Below, piece after piece: positions 1 to 13,478 of a stretch of 64,000 nt of DNA; position 1 is the first letter of the stretch; each line of letters begins with the position of its first letter. A model generated the notes under the pieces. That model did no database searches and had not been told where the DNA came from. It was given only the letters and a program-made list of their open reading frames with translations. The position numbers were made by a program, and so were the translations under genes. Source of the DNA: the human T2T-CHM13v2.0 reference genome, Homo sapiens; assembly GCF_009914755.1 (NCBI RefSeq), contig NC_060947.1. One strand, 5' to 3'.

Positions 1-3000
1 TTAGAACTTTGTTGTGAATTATTTTGTGGCTTAACATATGGTCTATCCTGGAGAATGTTCCATGTGCTGGTAAAAGAATGTATATTCTGCAGTTTTTAGA
101 TAGAATGCTCTACAAATGAAATTTGGTCCATTTGGTACAAAGTCCAGTTTAAATCTTGTTTCTGTGTTGATTTTATATGTCTAGATGATCAGTATAAATG
201 CTGAGAGTGGGGTGTTAAAGTCCCCCACTATTATTTTATTGCAGCCTATTTCTCTCTTTAGAGCTAGTAATATTTGCTTTATAAATCTGTGTACTCCAGT
301 GTGGGTGCATATATATTTATAATTGTTATATCCTCTTCCGGAATTTATCCCTTCATTATTATATAATGACCTTCTTTGTCTTTTTACTATTTTTGACTTG
401 AAGTCTGTTTTATCTGATAGTAGTGTAGTTACTCCTGCATGTTTTTGGTTTCTGTTTGAATGGAGTATCTTTTTCCATCCCTTTACTTTCAGTTTATATT
501 TGTCTTTACTGATAAGGTGAATTTCTTATAAGCAACATATAGTAGGTCTATGTTTTCTTTTTTAAAAATCCATTCAGCCATTCTATATCTTCTAAGTCAA
601 GAGTTGAATTCATTTATTTTCAAGATTAGTATTGACATTTGAAGCTTTGTTCCTGTCATGTTATGAATTGTTTTCTGGTTGTGTTTTGTATTCTTTATTT
701 CTTTTGTTTATCATTTTGCTTTGGTAGATTTCTGTAACAGTACTATTTGTGTCCTTTCTCTTTCTTCTTTGTGTGATTGCTTTACTAGTGAGTTTTATAC
801 TTTTCTGTATTTTCATTATGGTAAATACTGTTCTTTTGATTCCAGACTTAGGACTCACTTGATCCTTTCTTGTAGGTCCAGTCTAGTGGTAAGGAATTCT
901 CTCAGCATTTGCTTCTCTGGGAAACATTTATTTCTCCTTCGTCCATGAAGAATAATTTTGCTAGATATAGTATTCTTGGTTGACAACTGTTTTTTTTTTT
1001 TTTTCTTTTAGCACTTTTAGCACTTTTAATATGACATTCTCTTCTGGCCTGTAAGATTTCTGCTGAGAAACCTGCAGCTGCACTCATGGGGTTTTCTTTA
1101 TAGGTGACTAGACACTTTTCTTTTGCTGTTTTTAGGATTCATTCTTTTTCTTTGCCTTTAGAGAGTTTGACTATAATGTGCCATGGAGAGGACCTTTTTA
1201 CATTGTATCTTCTTGAGGATCACTGAACCTTCCTTGTCTGTAAGTCTAAATCTCTTGCTAGACTTGGGAAGTGTTCATTTATTATTTCATTAAATTGGTT
1301 TTCTAATCCTTTCATTTTCTTTTTGCTCTTGGGGATACTGATAATTCAAATATTCAGTTACTTTATATGGTCCCAAATGTCACAAAGGCTTTGCTCATTC
1401 TTTTTAAATATTTTGTTTATTTTTGTCTGACTGAATCATTCCAAAAGACCTGCCTTTAAGTTCTGAGAGCCTTTCTCGTGCTTGATCTAGTCTGTTAATG
1501 AAGCTTTCAAATATATTTTATATTTCCTTCAAGGAATTCTTCACTTCCAGAATTTCTACTTGCTTCTTTTAGAAAAAATGTCTATCCCTTTGTTAAACTT
1601 CTCATTCATATCCTCAGTTGTTTTTCTGATTTCTTTCTATTGTTTTTCAGAATTATCTTATGTCTCACTGAGCTTCTTTAAAATCAATATTTTGAATTCT
1701 TTATCTGGAATTTGGAAATTTCTTTTTGATTAAGATCTGTTGGTCAGAAATTATTGTGTTCCTTTGGAGGTGTCATATTCCTTCCTCTTTAATAGTGTTG
1801 ATATCTGCACATGTGGTGTAACAGTCACTTACTTCCATTTTTGAATTTACTTTCATTGGGGAGGACATTTTTCTAAAGATATATGCGTGGCATTAGTTGT
1901 GTAGGGCTCTTTGGCTTTGATTATGGGCGCATGAAGTTTTGTAATCACTGTATGATTTATTTGGCTGTAAGGAGCATTAGTATTTGTCATTTCTTTGGTG
2001 AGTTAAGGTGTGTTTATTAGTGGAGGCTGTGGTGATGTGCTCTGGACCGGGATGCCAGGTGGGCTGGTTTTTAGGACCCAGTGGTGGCAGCAGTGTGCTG
2101 AGTGTGTCTATCCTTGTGCTCCAGGGTAGTTTATGCTGGCATTGATGTTAGTGGTTACTAGTGCACCAATTTTTAGGCCTACAGGTGAGCTGCTTGAATG
2201 CCAGCTGTGGCAGTGGTAGACTGGGTGGGTGGGTGGGTTCTTGGGTCCCTGGACAGCCAGCATGACAAGGGTGATGAAAGTAGCAGTGGCAGGATGATTC
2301 TTTGGGTCCTGAGCCACTGGCATTTATATTGGTGGCTGTGATGGGCTGGGTGGGAAAGTCTCCAGGCTCACATATGGCACTTGCATATACGTGCCAGCTG
2401 AGGTGGTCATAGGTGAATTTATGCCCAACCTCAGGCCTCCAGGAGGAGTGCTTAGATTCCCAAAGTGGTGGATTGGGTTGGGAAATCCCTAGAAACCCAG
2501 GCTATGTGCTCTGTCTTGGAATGAGGAGTGAAGCCAGGCTTGATGGGCTTGTGCTCAGGTCCCCCAGTGGTGAGAACAGGCATCAGCCTTGGTTGGTGGG
2601 GGTAGGGTGATCCTTAGGCCCCAGGCAGATTGCTTGGGTGAAGGGCAGTAGCAACTACATTGAGACTCTGTCGCTGGAGTGGGTGGGGCCTGCCTCAGTG
2701 GCCATAGCCTGGATCTACAAGTAGGTAACTCACATCTCTCTCATGCTCTAGTCGTGGCATAGTTCAACACCCAGTCCTGGCAGTGGTAGCCCATACCTAG
2801 CTTGTGCTCCAGCCCTGGCTACAGGAGCCCCCACCCAGTTTTCGACTAAGTCCCACAGGCAATTCATGCTCTGCTAATGTCCCAGTTTCAGTTTTGCAGG
2901 CTCTCTCTTCCCAGCACCAGCAGCTGCAGCCCCCACTTCACTTGCTTTTTAGCCCTGGCTGTGGGAGTGCTCCCAGCTCAGCAGCAGCAACCGGAGTTTC

Positions 3001-3495
3001 CTTCACACCTCAGACGCTGTGCTTCTGGGTCCCAGGATAGCATGCAGTCTGTTAAAGGCAAAGGTTGAAAATGCACCTTGCTGTAGCTGCTTATGTCTCA
3101 GAAAGTGTGTGGGACCCAGCACGATCTTCTTCCTTGACGCAATTCTGCCCCATGGTCTCCTGGAAGCTTCCTATGTTAGCTTCAATTGAGAAGGTCACAG
3201 GGCTCTCTAGTGGCCAGAACTGCGTAATTTCATGGTAGGGATGTGGGCCGCTGAAAGTCTCTCACTTACCTTTTCCCCACATTGGGAAACCACTCCCAGC
3301 TCTCAGCCAATCCCAGCCAAACAGACTGCCTCTCTTCATTTTCCTTCCTTGCTTTTGATGTTTCCTGTCACTTTTCTGTTGAACTCCAATGTTCTCTTTT
3401 AGATAATATATTCAAAGTGTGCTTGTCTATGCACTATTCTGGTTCTTCTAAGGGGACGAAGTGGGCATGAAATGCTTCTAGTCAGCCATCTTGAA
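1..3495 (-). mobile_element. Old LINE-1 (L1M/L1MA/L1PB-type) 5' part: ORF2 start, ORF1 remnant and 5' UTR, running off the window start
   Basis: T-rich antisense L1 sequence. ORF1 C-terminal remnant (FSAEILQARRE...QPRILYLAKL at 902-1087). GC-richer 5' UTR ~2000-3490 ending in the L1 5' terminus CAAGATGGCTGACTAG (reverse complement at ~3478-3493). Confidence 0.9.
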
Positions 3496-6400
3496 GCCTG
3501 GATCAATGGCAAGATGGTCTGGGTGGCCCTTTTCTCTGGGGAGGCTCTTGGGGACAGGCTTGTGCTGTGAAGATGCTGGGACTTCTTGTAATGCCTACAA
3601 GATTCAGGGAGTTCAGATCCACACAGGTCAGTATTACTGAAGGAGCTGATAGAGGGATTCTGAGCAGGGAAGATACCTTAGGTCTCCTCTTGCCTCCTTG
3701 CACAACAGTGCCTGGATCTGTGAATCTGCCAATAGGCTCAGCGCTGCTTGGGCTGATGTGCATAATCTGGTCATTGGAAAAGTATGACATAATCATTGAT
3801 TATTCTGCACCTGTATGATGCCAAACCAAAATAAATCATATTTTAATGGCTTATTTTCTTTGAAGAACCAAGATGCTTTTTCATAGTTCTTAGAATCTGG
3901 GTCAAACGATAAACTCATCGAATCAGTAGAATCAATAAATGGATGACTTTGAAGTCTAACTTTTTTCATACATGTCTTTATCCAGTGATAAAATTAATTT
4001 TCCATTTGATAGGAGAGTAACAGTTTTATTTTCGTCAATATTTGTATCATATGTTAGTGGGCAGCACAAACTCTGTAATTGTGACAGTACATCTCCGTGA
4101 AATGTTAGCAACATTATTTGTGGACAAAGTTGGATTTCTTTCTGGCCAGCACATGGCTAGGACCCTCTCACAACCCGCACTGGGTTACTGTAGGTAAGCT
4201 GGCTCTCCTTAACTTAAACTCTGCAGCCAGTTTGTGGTTATTAATTGTGGTAGTCCTAGGAAATATAGACTCCAAGTCAAAAGATTAATAACATTCAGTT
4301 GTTGTTGTTGTACTTGTTAATTTTGGATGAAACTAGTCTGCCAAGAGAATGTGAAATACTATACTAAAAAGTCCATGTCTAAAGCTAAAGGAAATAGTAT
4401 CCCTGAGTAGGTATTGATGCTGAAAATTATACATATCAAAATCAATTTCCCATTTAATTCAGATATCAGTAAGTTATTGAACAAAAATGTAACATAGGCT
4501 TCTTTTTTAAAAAAAAAAAAAAAGAAGAAGCGCTGCTAATTGAAAAAGAAGCAAAGCCTACTTAAGTAGGGCCACATTCTTTTTTTTTTGGTCCAAGAAT
4601 CCTTCTCATTTATTATTGTAACTTTCTATATTGTGTATTGGATGTTTTTTAGTGAGAATTCTCTACCATCTCATTGGTTTTTTAAAAACTTTTCCTTCAA
4701 GACCAAAGTCAGAGTCTATATATTCTTATGAAGACAACATAGACACCATATTTGGACTATTATAAAATGAGCTTCATGTTGATTTTTCCAACATGGTAGA
4801 AGTAATCATGTGAGAGGATAACCATTTGAGAATTTAGTGAAAAAACTATCATTTATATAGAAATAAATAGTAGTTGCTTGGTCTACTAATCTCAGTTTTC
4901 TTCATCTATATAATGAAAGCCATATTATTGTCACCTTATGAGCTGCTTGTTCACTGTAAGTTATGAGTTTCTTGTTCACTATAAATTCAAAGCAGCATTG
5001 GTATACTTAATAGAGTTGTTAATGGTATAGCTCTTAACTTTCTACTTCACCTATATCACTCTTCAATTTTACATTTTTAACCTCTTGCTGAGAGAATTCT
5101 AGCTCTTGAAAGTTTGTGGTTCTGACTTTTGAATGATATTCTTAGTACCATCACCATCACAACTCACCTTGGATAAGCCTCTACTCTGGCATCTTGTTTT
5201 TGCTCAACACTGCAGCAGTCACAGTACAATGTACTTTTGGCTCAAGTCTCTAGACTCCAGGTTGATGATACAATCAAAGATGCAGCTGTGTACTGGCCTT
5301 AGTTCATAAATCCTGACTGGGCCTTCAACTATAACCTGCCTGTATGTTTTGAGCCTTTGTTAGAGGGGGCTAATATTATTTGGTTTTGTGCCAGCCGTGA
5401 TGCAGAAATTGATCTGGCTTCCACAATAAGGCCAATTATGTTAAGAATATCATGGAGATTTGCTGGTCATGAAGTAGGGTCACATTGCACAAGCATTTAC
5501 TTTGAAAAACAATCATTGCTATTACTCTTGTCCCTTCTCTCAGAATTTTCCAGCCTCTATTGCCAACTGAGGTTTCTTTCTTTCTGCTCTTCCCTATATA
5601 ATGCCCAGTCTATCTGGCTCCTTTACTTCTGTTTAGATGTACCCTTTGCCCCTATTGTGCTTCTTTTTCCTATTGACTCTTAATTATGCCATCTCTCCTT
5701 TTTCATGAAGAACAATTCAACCCGAGCTTTTACTGTCAGATATGCATGGTCAACCAGCGAACAAAGAGCCTCCCAGAAAAAGATGTACTGCTCTTAAAGA
5801 TTACTTATGACTTATGTTTTCTTTTAAAGTTATTACACTTCATACTCTCTGACCACTTTAAAAAACAACCACAATCACAACCAATTCACTGAAAAATACC
5901 ACGATGTATAATATTATCTGCTATGCAAAATTTATGTTCTACTTTGGCAATACGCAGTGTGAGTTTTAAAATCTAGAGTGTCCTGGCACTTGAATTTGAA
6001 GTAACCATCATTTTATACTGCCAATCCACTAAAGAAGGAGAATAAATTTAGGAGGATGTGACCCAAAGATAGTCAAAATCATTCATCTTTCTGAATTATC
6101 ATGCTAATTACTGTCATTGGTCTTTGATAATCTAATACATAGAAAATTTTAGATCACTAAGTTCTCTTTCAACAATATGATGTCCTGATTTTTAATGGCT
6201 TTTGTAAGAACTTGGATGTTGAATAGCAAATAGTAGTGATCCTTTATGCGGCAAGACAGTATTTTCTTTGAGAAAGATGGCCAGTAATAGTCATTTTCTG
6301 CAGTTATATGTGCCCTAAAAGCAAAGATTAATGCTATTTATTGTCTTTTCCTGAGGTATTGATTCTGGTTATATCTTTGCTTTGTGAATTGAGAAATAAT

Positions 6401-7594
6401 GTACATATATATTATATCTTTGAATTGCTATAGTTTTCATAAAAGGTCAGATTTTGATCCAAGTTATTATATTAGTTTTATAGGCAAATTGGACCACCCC
6501 TCACCAATACGTAGTGTCTGGTATCTCTGTACACTTTGCTAGTTTCTCCACTTGCTATAGCCATGTGGCTTCACTCCAGAGTTTTCTACATTATGTTCTG
6601 GAAGTGTCTCTTTTGCTAGCTCTGGGGGATATAGACTTAGCCAGTTAACTTTAAAGGAGTTATAAAGGAATGCAATAATTATTCATTTTTCTCATGGGCT
6701 TGTTGGGCGGAATGGACTTTGAATTGCTATAGTTTTCATAAAAAGGTCAGATTATGATCAAAGATTTAAAGCAGGGAATCTTAGCCATTTGATGCTGTTA
6801 GACTGCTGCATTATCTCTGTAACTGGCTTTGTTTTTTTTGTTTTGTTTTTTTGTTTTGTTTTACAACAATGGCCATTCCAGATATTCAGTCCTTGAAGAC
6901 AATTGGGCACAAGTACAGTTTGGACATTTTTGACTTTTTGTGGTTGTGCCAGTTTGCTGTGATGTCCTGCCAGGCATCCCGAATGCTCTAAACGACTCAT
7001 TTGCCTAATCTGAGGTTAAACCCTGTTACCAAAATGCTAGTGTATGGAGACTATTCATTCAAGTTACCATGTAACCATTGTAAGTTGCCTGTAAAGTTTA
7101 TTTTGGGTGGGTTTAAACATAATTTTTGCTTTATTCAGTTTCAGTGAGCATATACCTCTTGTGTTGAGGAAAAAAACTACCTAACATTTATTGAGCACAA
7201 ATTGCTCCTGACCCTGTTCTGTACGCTGGAGGATTATGGGATTCCACTGTGTCACATTCACTTAATAATTAGAAATGATATTCAGGAAAACAATATTCTA
7301 ACCACGCGGGTGAAAAATGAATGGAAGAGAAATTACCTCATATGAGCATGCAGATGATCCAATAAGCCTGTAAAACCAGGCTTATTGGGGTGGAACTACC
7401 CCAACTGTGACAATGAATCAAATGGACAACACACACTTCCCTGCAGTGTTACAATCCCACTCTGACATATTAACAAGCATAGTCGCACCTGCTCTGGTCT
7501 TCTCTGTGCTACCTAACCCACAATTCCTGGATGCCTTCAAAGACAGACATGCCATTCAGATATCCTTTGATATTCCAGCTTTTTGTAAAGGAAA

Positions 7595-7800
7595 GGGCAC
7601 AGGCTTCGGAAGAGAAAAGTCTGCGTTTTTCATCCCAGCTCTATGGCTAGCTAGCTGTATTATTCTAGTTATGAGACCTCCCTGGACTTTAGTTTCCTCA
7701 CCAGTAAAATATGGATAATAATACCTATTTTGTAGGGTTGCTGATGTAAAATTATATGAGGTAACATCCATGAAATAAACAACACTGTACTTAGGACACA
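7595..7800 (+). mobile_element. MIR SINE
   Basis: MIR core-like AGTTTCCTCACCAGTAAAATATGGATAATAATACCT and upstream ATCCCAGCTCT. Confidence 0.8.
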
Positions 7801-8449
7801 ACAACTAAACCAAATTTTTATTTTTTTTCCTTCTTCACTTTTTCCTTTCCATACACCCTAAACTTTTATGTTAGATCATTGAGATAACATCTCATGTATT
7901 TCCTTTTGGATTGGTCCACTCTTTGGCTTCAGTTGCCGAGGTGTATAAACTCTGCCCATGCTTTGTGCCCTTCAGGATGTCTTTGGTGGGCTGAAACCAG
8001 CCCTGTTTAACCTGCTCCCAGTATGCTGTACACTGCACATATCAGTTGCCCCTCCAAATGTGCCCCTTGTTTTAGCTCCTGTGTTATACCTTCTTACAAT
8101 CCCAGAGCATGCTTCAGGCAGGCTTAATAATAATGTTAACAAACCTCATACATTACCACATCTTTTCATTTCTCAGATGACTGGGGAAAGGAAAAGCTAT
8201 AGAGTCTACTTTAGAGGTATGGAATGTGCTTGTGACTGCAATGGCTGGACTGCAGAGGGGCACAAGGCCTATTTACATAAATAAAGACTTGGAACAAATG
8301 GAGGAGAAACTTTGGGAGCATGAACATTTACATATTTTGATAATTGAAGATTATAGGGAGCATATGGCATTGAAAATAGCACAGGAGTTATGGTTCATAT
8401 GTGGGGGTACAGGCATGTGGGGCAATACAGCACAATAAAGGAAGGTGAA

Positions 8450-8625
8450 TGGCCTTCCTCATCATCAGCTGTGTAAATTTGGGGGGAATTGATAACCTTC
8501 AACCTCCATACTTTTTAATATGTTAAAAAGAGAGAATGGCAGTGATTCTGGTCTCCAGTATGTTAAATGAATTAATGGTTATACAATGATTAGCATAGTG
8601 CTGCAACTTAGTGAGTATTCAGTGA
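8450..8625 (+). mobile_element. Degenerate MIR SINE
   Basis: AGCTGTGTAAATTTGGG...AACCTTC...TTAGCATAGTGCT resembles the MIR consensus. Confidence 0.55.
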
Positions 8626-11297
8626 AGATGCGGTGTTACTGTTATCCAAGGTATTTAAAAGCAGTAAGTGGAGTCATGGAGAGAAGCTGGGAGAACCAGA
8701 ACTTCTGATTAGATTCAGTTGACTTGGTCATTTTTTTGTTGTTGTTTTCAAAATGGACCGAAATCTGTTAGCGTCATTTGTTGATTGTAAATACTGGTTT
8801 ACAATTAGTATCTAATCGGATAATTTTCTTTTTTTTAATCAACCACATTATTTTCAATGATTTGTTGGTGTTATATTACATAGAAATATGCCACATTCAG
8901 CTGATGTACTCAGCATTGAAACAGTTTATTAAAAATGTTATGTTTAAACTTATTAAAATTAGAATAAACTAAATGCATATTCCTTACATTTGCTAAGGAA
9001 ATGGGTTTTGAATAAAACATAGCTAACTGTGGCCAACTATATCTTTTTAGTTTGTGACTCAGGACCTAACGGTAAGTATACAACAATTTCTAGCTGATTG
9101 CTTTGAAGGGTTACTACGTAATGACATTGCTTAGGTGTGTGAACTTCATGTTGCATGTTTTTAGATTTCTAAATATCATTGTTTTGTGTTAGAACTTCTT
9201 GTGTCAACATCCCAGTTACCCAGTTTCATTCCAGGCCAGACTAACCAATGCTATGGTAAAAGGAAAGGGTTCTGTAAACTTGCTAATAACTGTTTACTTG
9301 TATCATTAGAATTGGCTTGAATACAATAATGCTAGACTTTCTTAACCCTGCTCAGAAAAATCAGTGCAGCATTAACGTCTCAAAGCCTGTCATTTCCTCA
9401 ATATTGTGAAATATTTCTGTGAATCTTAGGGAACCCAGACGGGTCAGCAAAAGTCCAAGTTCCTGGGGCTATGGTGATCCCCTAAGAGTGGTGGACATTA
9501 AGATATTCCAAAGGTGAGTGCTTATGATGAGAGGTTGGAACTTCTTGTGCTTGATGTTGAAGCAAATTTATCACCAGCTTCTCCAACTTTCAAGAAAAAT
9601 CCTCATGTTTTTCAGACAGCCTAAAACGTTGGGCAATTTCTTATTTTTTTTTCTTTTTCTCTTTCTCTCCCTCTTTCTCCTTCTCTCTCTTTGTCTCTCT
9701 TTCTCTTTTCCTCACCTCACCTCTGTAAAAACTTAGGCAAGAATCTTTCTGTGCTGGCTTTTACTTTATGAAGTAAAATTATTTTTCATTAAAATCATTA
9801 AAAAAGTCATTAAATAAATTGTGACTTGCTCACAACTTTATTTTTAAAGTATCTTTGGTTTGGTTTCTTGGTATCCGCAGGACCCTGAATGAAACTTTTG
9901 GCAGCTGAATATATCTTTAAGCATTCTGCTTTAGTCTGGCTACTTCCCAAATTCTCTCATTTTCTTATCCTAAGAATCCATTTTTGTGGGAAAAAGGGCC
10001 TTCAGAGGATCTTCAGAGTAAGAACTTAAGAGTGATGAATCATAGAAGAAACAGTAACACTATTTTAGCTCTAGTGAAACCTTCTGTTCACTTATAAGCC
10101 AAGAAGATAAAGAGGAGTGAATTTCAAAAATAAGATTATCTCCCGAAATGGCCTGACCAACCTCTGTTGGTAAATCTCTGCAATAGAAAACTAAGCATTG
10201 AGTAAAGAAAACAGGATTGTTTGTGATGCCAGAGAAGAACAAAATTTATGGCAGGCTTTCAGGCACCAGGCCTAATAAGGAGAGATACTGCATCCAGGTT
10301 AAGTGAAAATAGCTGTCACCTGGCTGCACCAGTGGAGTTGCTTTCAGTACTTAAATGTGTGAACACTTGCTCTATATCTTGGCGATTCCGAGGTGGTTCC
10401 AGCTGCAAAGTCTTTTATAATTAATTGCATGAGTATTGCCATTCACTTGGGAGGCAGGTGATTACTTGCCTAGGTGTTAATCTAAGACATTACAATATCA
10501 ATAGAACTACTGATTTTAATTAAAACTTCAAAATGTGTGCCTGTTGAAGTATTCATTATTGCACCCTTGATTATGTGTGAGAATTCAGTCTTCTATGCTT
10601 ATTTTTTCATATAATACTAAGACCAATTAACAGGCAGAATTTTTTTATAAGACAATGAAATTGTGTGTGTGTGTTGTGTGTGTGTGTCGGTCTGTCTGAT
10701 TTTTTTTATGTTATTCTGTTTGGGGTTTTCATTTGAACTCTAAAAAATGCTTGTACATTATCAAAGCTAGTAGACAAAAATAACATGAGACAAATGGCAG
10801 AGGAGAGGTAAAAGGGCAGAATGAATTTTTTTCCCGTCACTAGTTAATTACATTCTGATCTTGATTTAGTTGTGAAAAATGTAGTAATTCTGGTCTCTCT
10901 GTAAAACATATCAATCTTTATTGTAAAGCCACACCTAGATTTGCTTAATTAAGATATTCAGAGGAAATGGAAAGGGAAAGGATGCTACCATTGCAAAATA
11001 ATAGAGGGAAAACTGTGTGGAAAAGGTTAGCTCTTGAAGGGGCTTTTTTGAATGTGGAGGCATTTTAAGGCAGTTTATGGGTTATGGGCCAAATACGTCA
11101 AGTACAAACTGCAAAGGACTGGAGAGATGATCCAGGCTAGTTTCTTCATTTTACAGACTGTATTTGTAATCATCCTTTCTGATAAGTATTGAGGAATACT
11201 GGAAGTAAAGAAACCCTCAGTATGGTACACTGTCTTATTAAATGTAGCATTTTTTTTAATTCAAGTTTTTCAGGTCTTCTTGACAAAATATAGAGAA

Positions 11298-11299
<2 letters not shown>

Positions 11300-11349
<50 letters not shown>
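11300..11349. repeat. (TG)n microsatellite, ~25 units
   Basis: Perfect GT dinucleotide run seen directly. Confidence 0.97.
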
Positions 11350-11351
<2 letters not shown>

Positions 11352-12469
11352 ATATCATGTCTATAGTTTTTGTGGTCCTGCTTTGCTTTCTGGTGTGGAA
11401 AATAAGTTTCCGAAACTTGGTGGTGAGAAGCCTGTCATTAAATTATTGCTGCTGTTCTTGAAGAATGTTGATTGCACTGTGGTTTTCACCCCCAAAGCCC
11501 TTAATATGGGGTTATATTTTTTATGGTTTTGAGGTTTTTGGTGACTCCGTTAGGAACATTTCTTGTGAGGCTGAATCATACTCAGGATATCACTTTCTTA
11601 CTAGGGAAAGCACAATAAAATTATTGCAATAAAAACAGTACGCTTCAGAAGGAAAAGAACAGTGTGTAGTTTTATTCAAATGGATATTCAGTGCTTAAGC
11701 AGCACAAACTGGAACAGGTAGGCTGCAGTGTTGCTGCAGATTTCCTTGCAGGAGAAAAAAGCTGGTCTTGATTACTTCAACTCTTTGCTGACTCTGGAGA
11801 GTGGTTTCAATTAAAACTTTCCCCCCAGCTTTAGAGACAAATCTTTTTCTTCTTTATTAAAATTGGTTTGGAGATAAAACTTTTGAAACCAGGAGTCATA
11901 TCATTAAGAGTTTAGATTTAGTGCGTGGAAAGAAAAGATAAAAATCCAGATTTCCTTTGTAGGTTTCAAGTGAAAACAATACTTTAATTATAGCAATATT
12001 TGTAGGTAAGATAAGTAAATACCCAGAGCAATGGGACCTGAGTTAGAACATCAGGGTAGGAGCTCTGACTCAGTCTATGATTTGTTTAATGACTTTGGGG
12101 CAAATATTATTCATCTTTTGACTTCAATCTCTTAACTAAATTTATGACCTTCTTTCCTCTTTTTAAGATCTTTTTCTTCCATCTCCTGTGCCAGAATTTC
12201 TTTTCACTACGTGACTTATTTTCAGGATGGCACTGGACATTGAGAAGTTTCCTGATCTTTTACTTTGCCCTTAACTTGAACCAAATTTAATTCCCAGTGT
12301 TGAAAAATTGCTATTCATCTTGCTGTTTCCTAGTAGATGTTCCTGACACTTTGTCTTTAGACAGATTAGAATTTTCATTTATTTTTGCAAGACTTCAAAA
12401 GAAGTGATAATTTGTTCTCCCTTTTAAACTCATTCCAATATTCAACAAAACCTAGGTTTTTTAATTTCT

Positions 12470-12950
12470 GTTTTTGAGTATTTACATTTTAAGGCAACAC
12501 TTATATGCAAAGAGATGTGCAGATCCCAAGTGCATGGTTTGGTGAGTTTTGACAAATGCATGCAACTGTGTAATTAACAATCACTTATAGAAATGTGGAA
12601 TATTTCTATCACTCCAAAAAGGTTATTCATGGGTCTTTTCAGTTAATCTTTATCAAAAGAAGCAGCTACTTTTCTGATTTTTTTCATCATAGATTAATTC
12701 TTACTATGTGGAATTTCATTTAAAATGAATTATACAGCATCCCCTTTGAGTCCAGCTTCTTTTGCTCAGTATAAGATCTGTGAGATTTCATGCCACCACC
12801 TCAATCAGTTTTTTTCCTTTTTATTGCCGAGTAGTATTCTACTGTATGGATATATCATAATTTGTTTATCCATTCTCCTATTGATATTTGGGTTGTTTCC
12901 AACTTTTGGCTATTACATATAAAGCTGCTATGAATATTCCTATATAAGCT
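12470..12950 (-). mobile_element. Ancient L1ME/L1MD 3' fragment
   Basis: GTGAGTTTTGACAAATGCAT...GAGTAGTATTC...GGGTTGTTTCCAACTTTTGGCTATT typical of old L1M 3' ends in antisense. Confidence 0.75.
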
Positions 12951-12994
12951 CTAGTTTTAGTTTCTTTCTTTTTTACTTTTGCTTTTGGTTCATT

Positions 12995-13478
12995 TTGGTA
13001 GGTGGTCTCTAAGGTGACCCCCAAAGATCCCTATCTTCTGGTATTCATCTTCTTGAGTGTCAGTTGGATTGACTGACTCAATTCCAATGAATGGAATACA
13101 GTAGAAGTGATGAGATGCCACTGCTGAGATTGGGTACTGTCTCTCACTCTCGGCCTTCTAACTCTGAGGAAAGCCAGCTTTCATATCATGAGGTAACCCT
13201 AGGGAGAGGCCTACATGAGTAAGCTTGGAAGATAATCTGCTGAGACCTTGCCAAAAGCCACAAAAAGGAGTACAGAAGTGGATTCTTTCTGAGTTGAGTC
13301 TTGAGATGACTGCAGCTCAGGCTGACACCTTCATTACAGTGTAATAAGAGACTCTGAACTCAAACCACCCAGCTAAACTCCTCTTGGATTCCTGACACCA
13401 AGATGTGAGATAATAAATATTGTTTTTGGCCACTAAGTTTTGGGGTGATTTCTTACACAGCAATAGATGGCTAATATA
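12995..13478 (+). mobile_element. MLT1 (MLT1F-like) MaLR solo LTR
   Basis: Starts GGTAGGTGGTCTCTAAGGTGACCCCC...CTGGTATTC and ends AATAAAT...CCACTAAGTTTTGGGGTGATT...CAGCAATAGATGGCTAATA. Confidence 0.8.
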
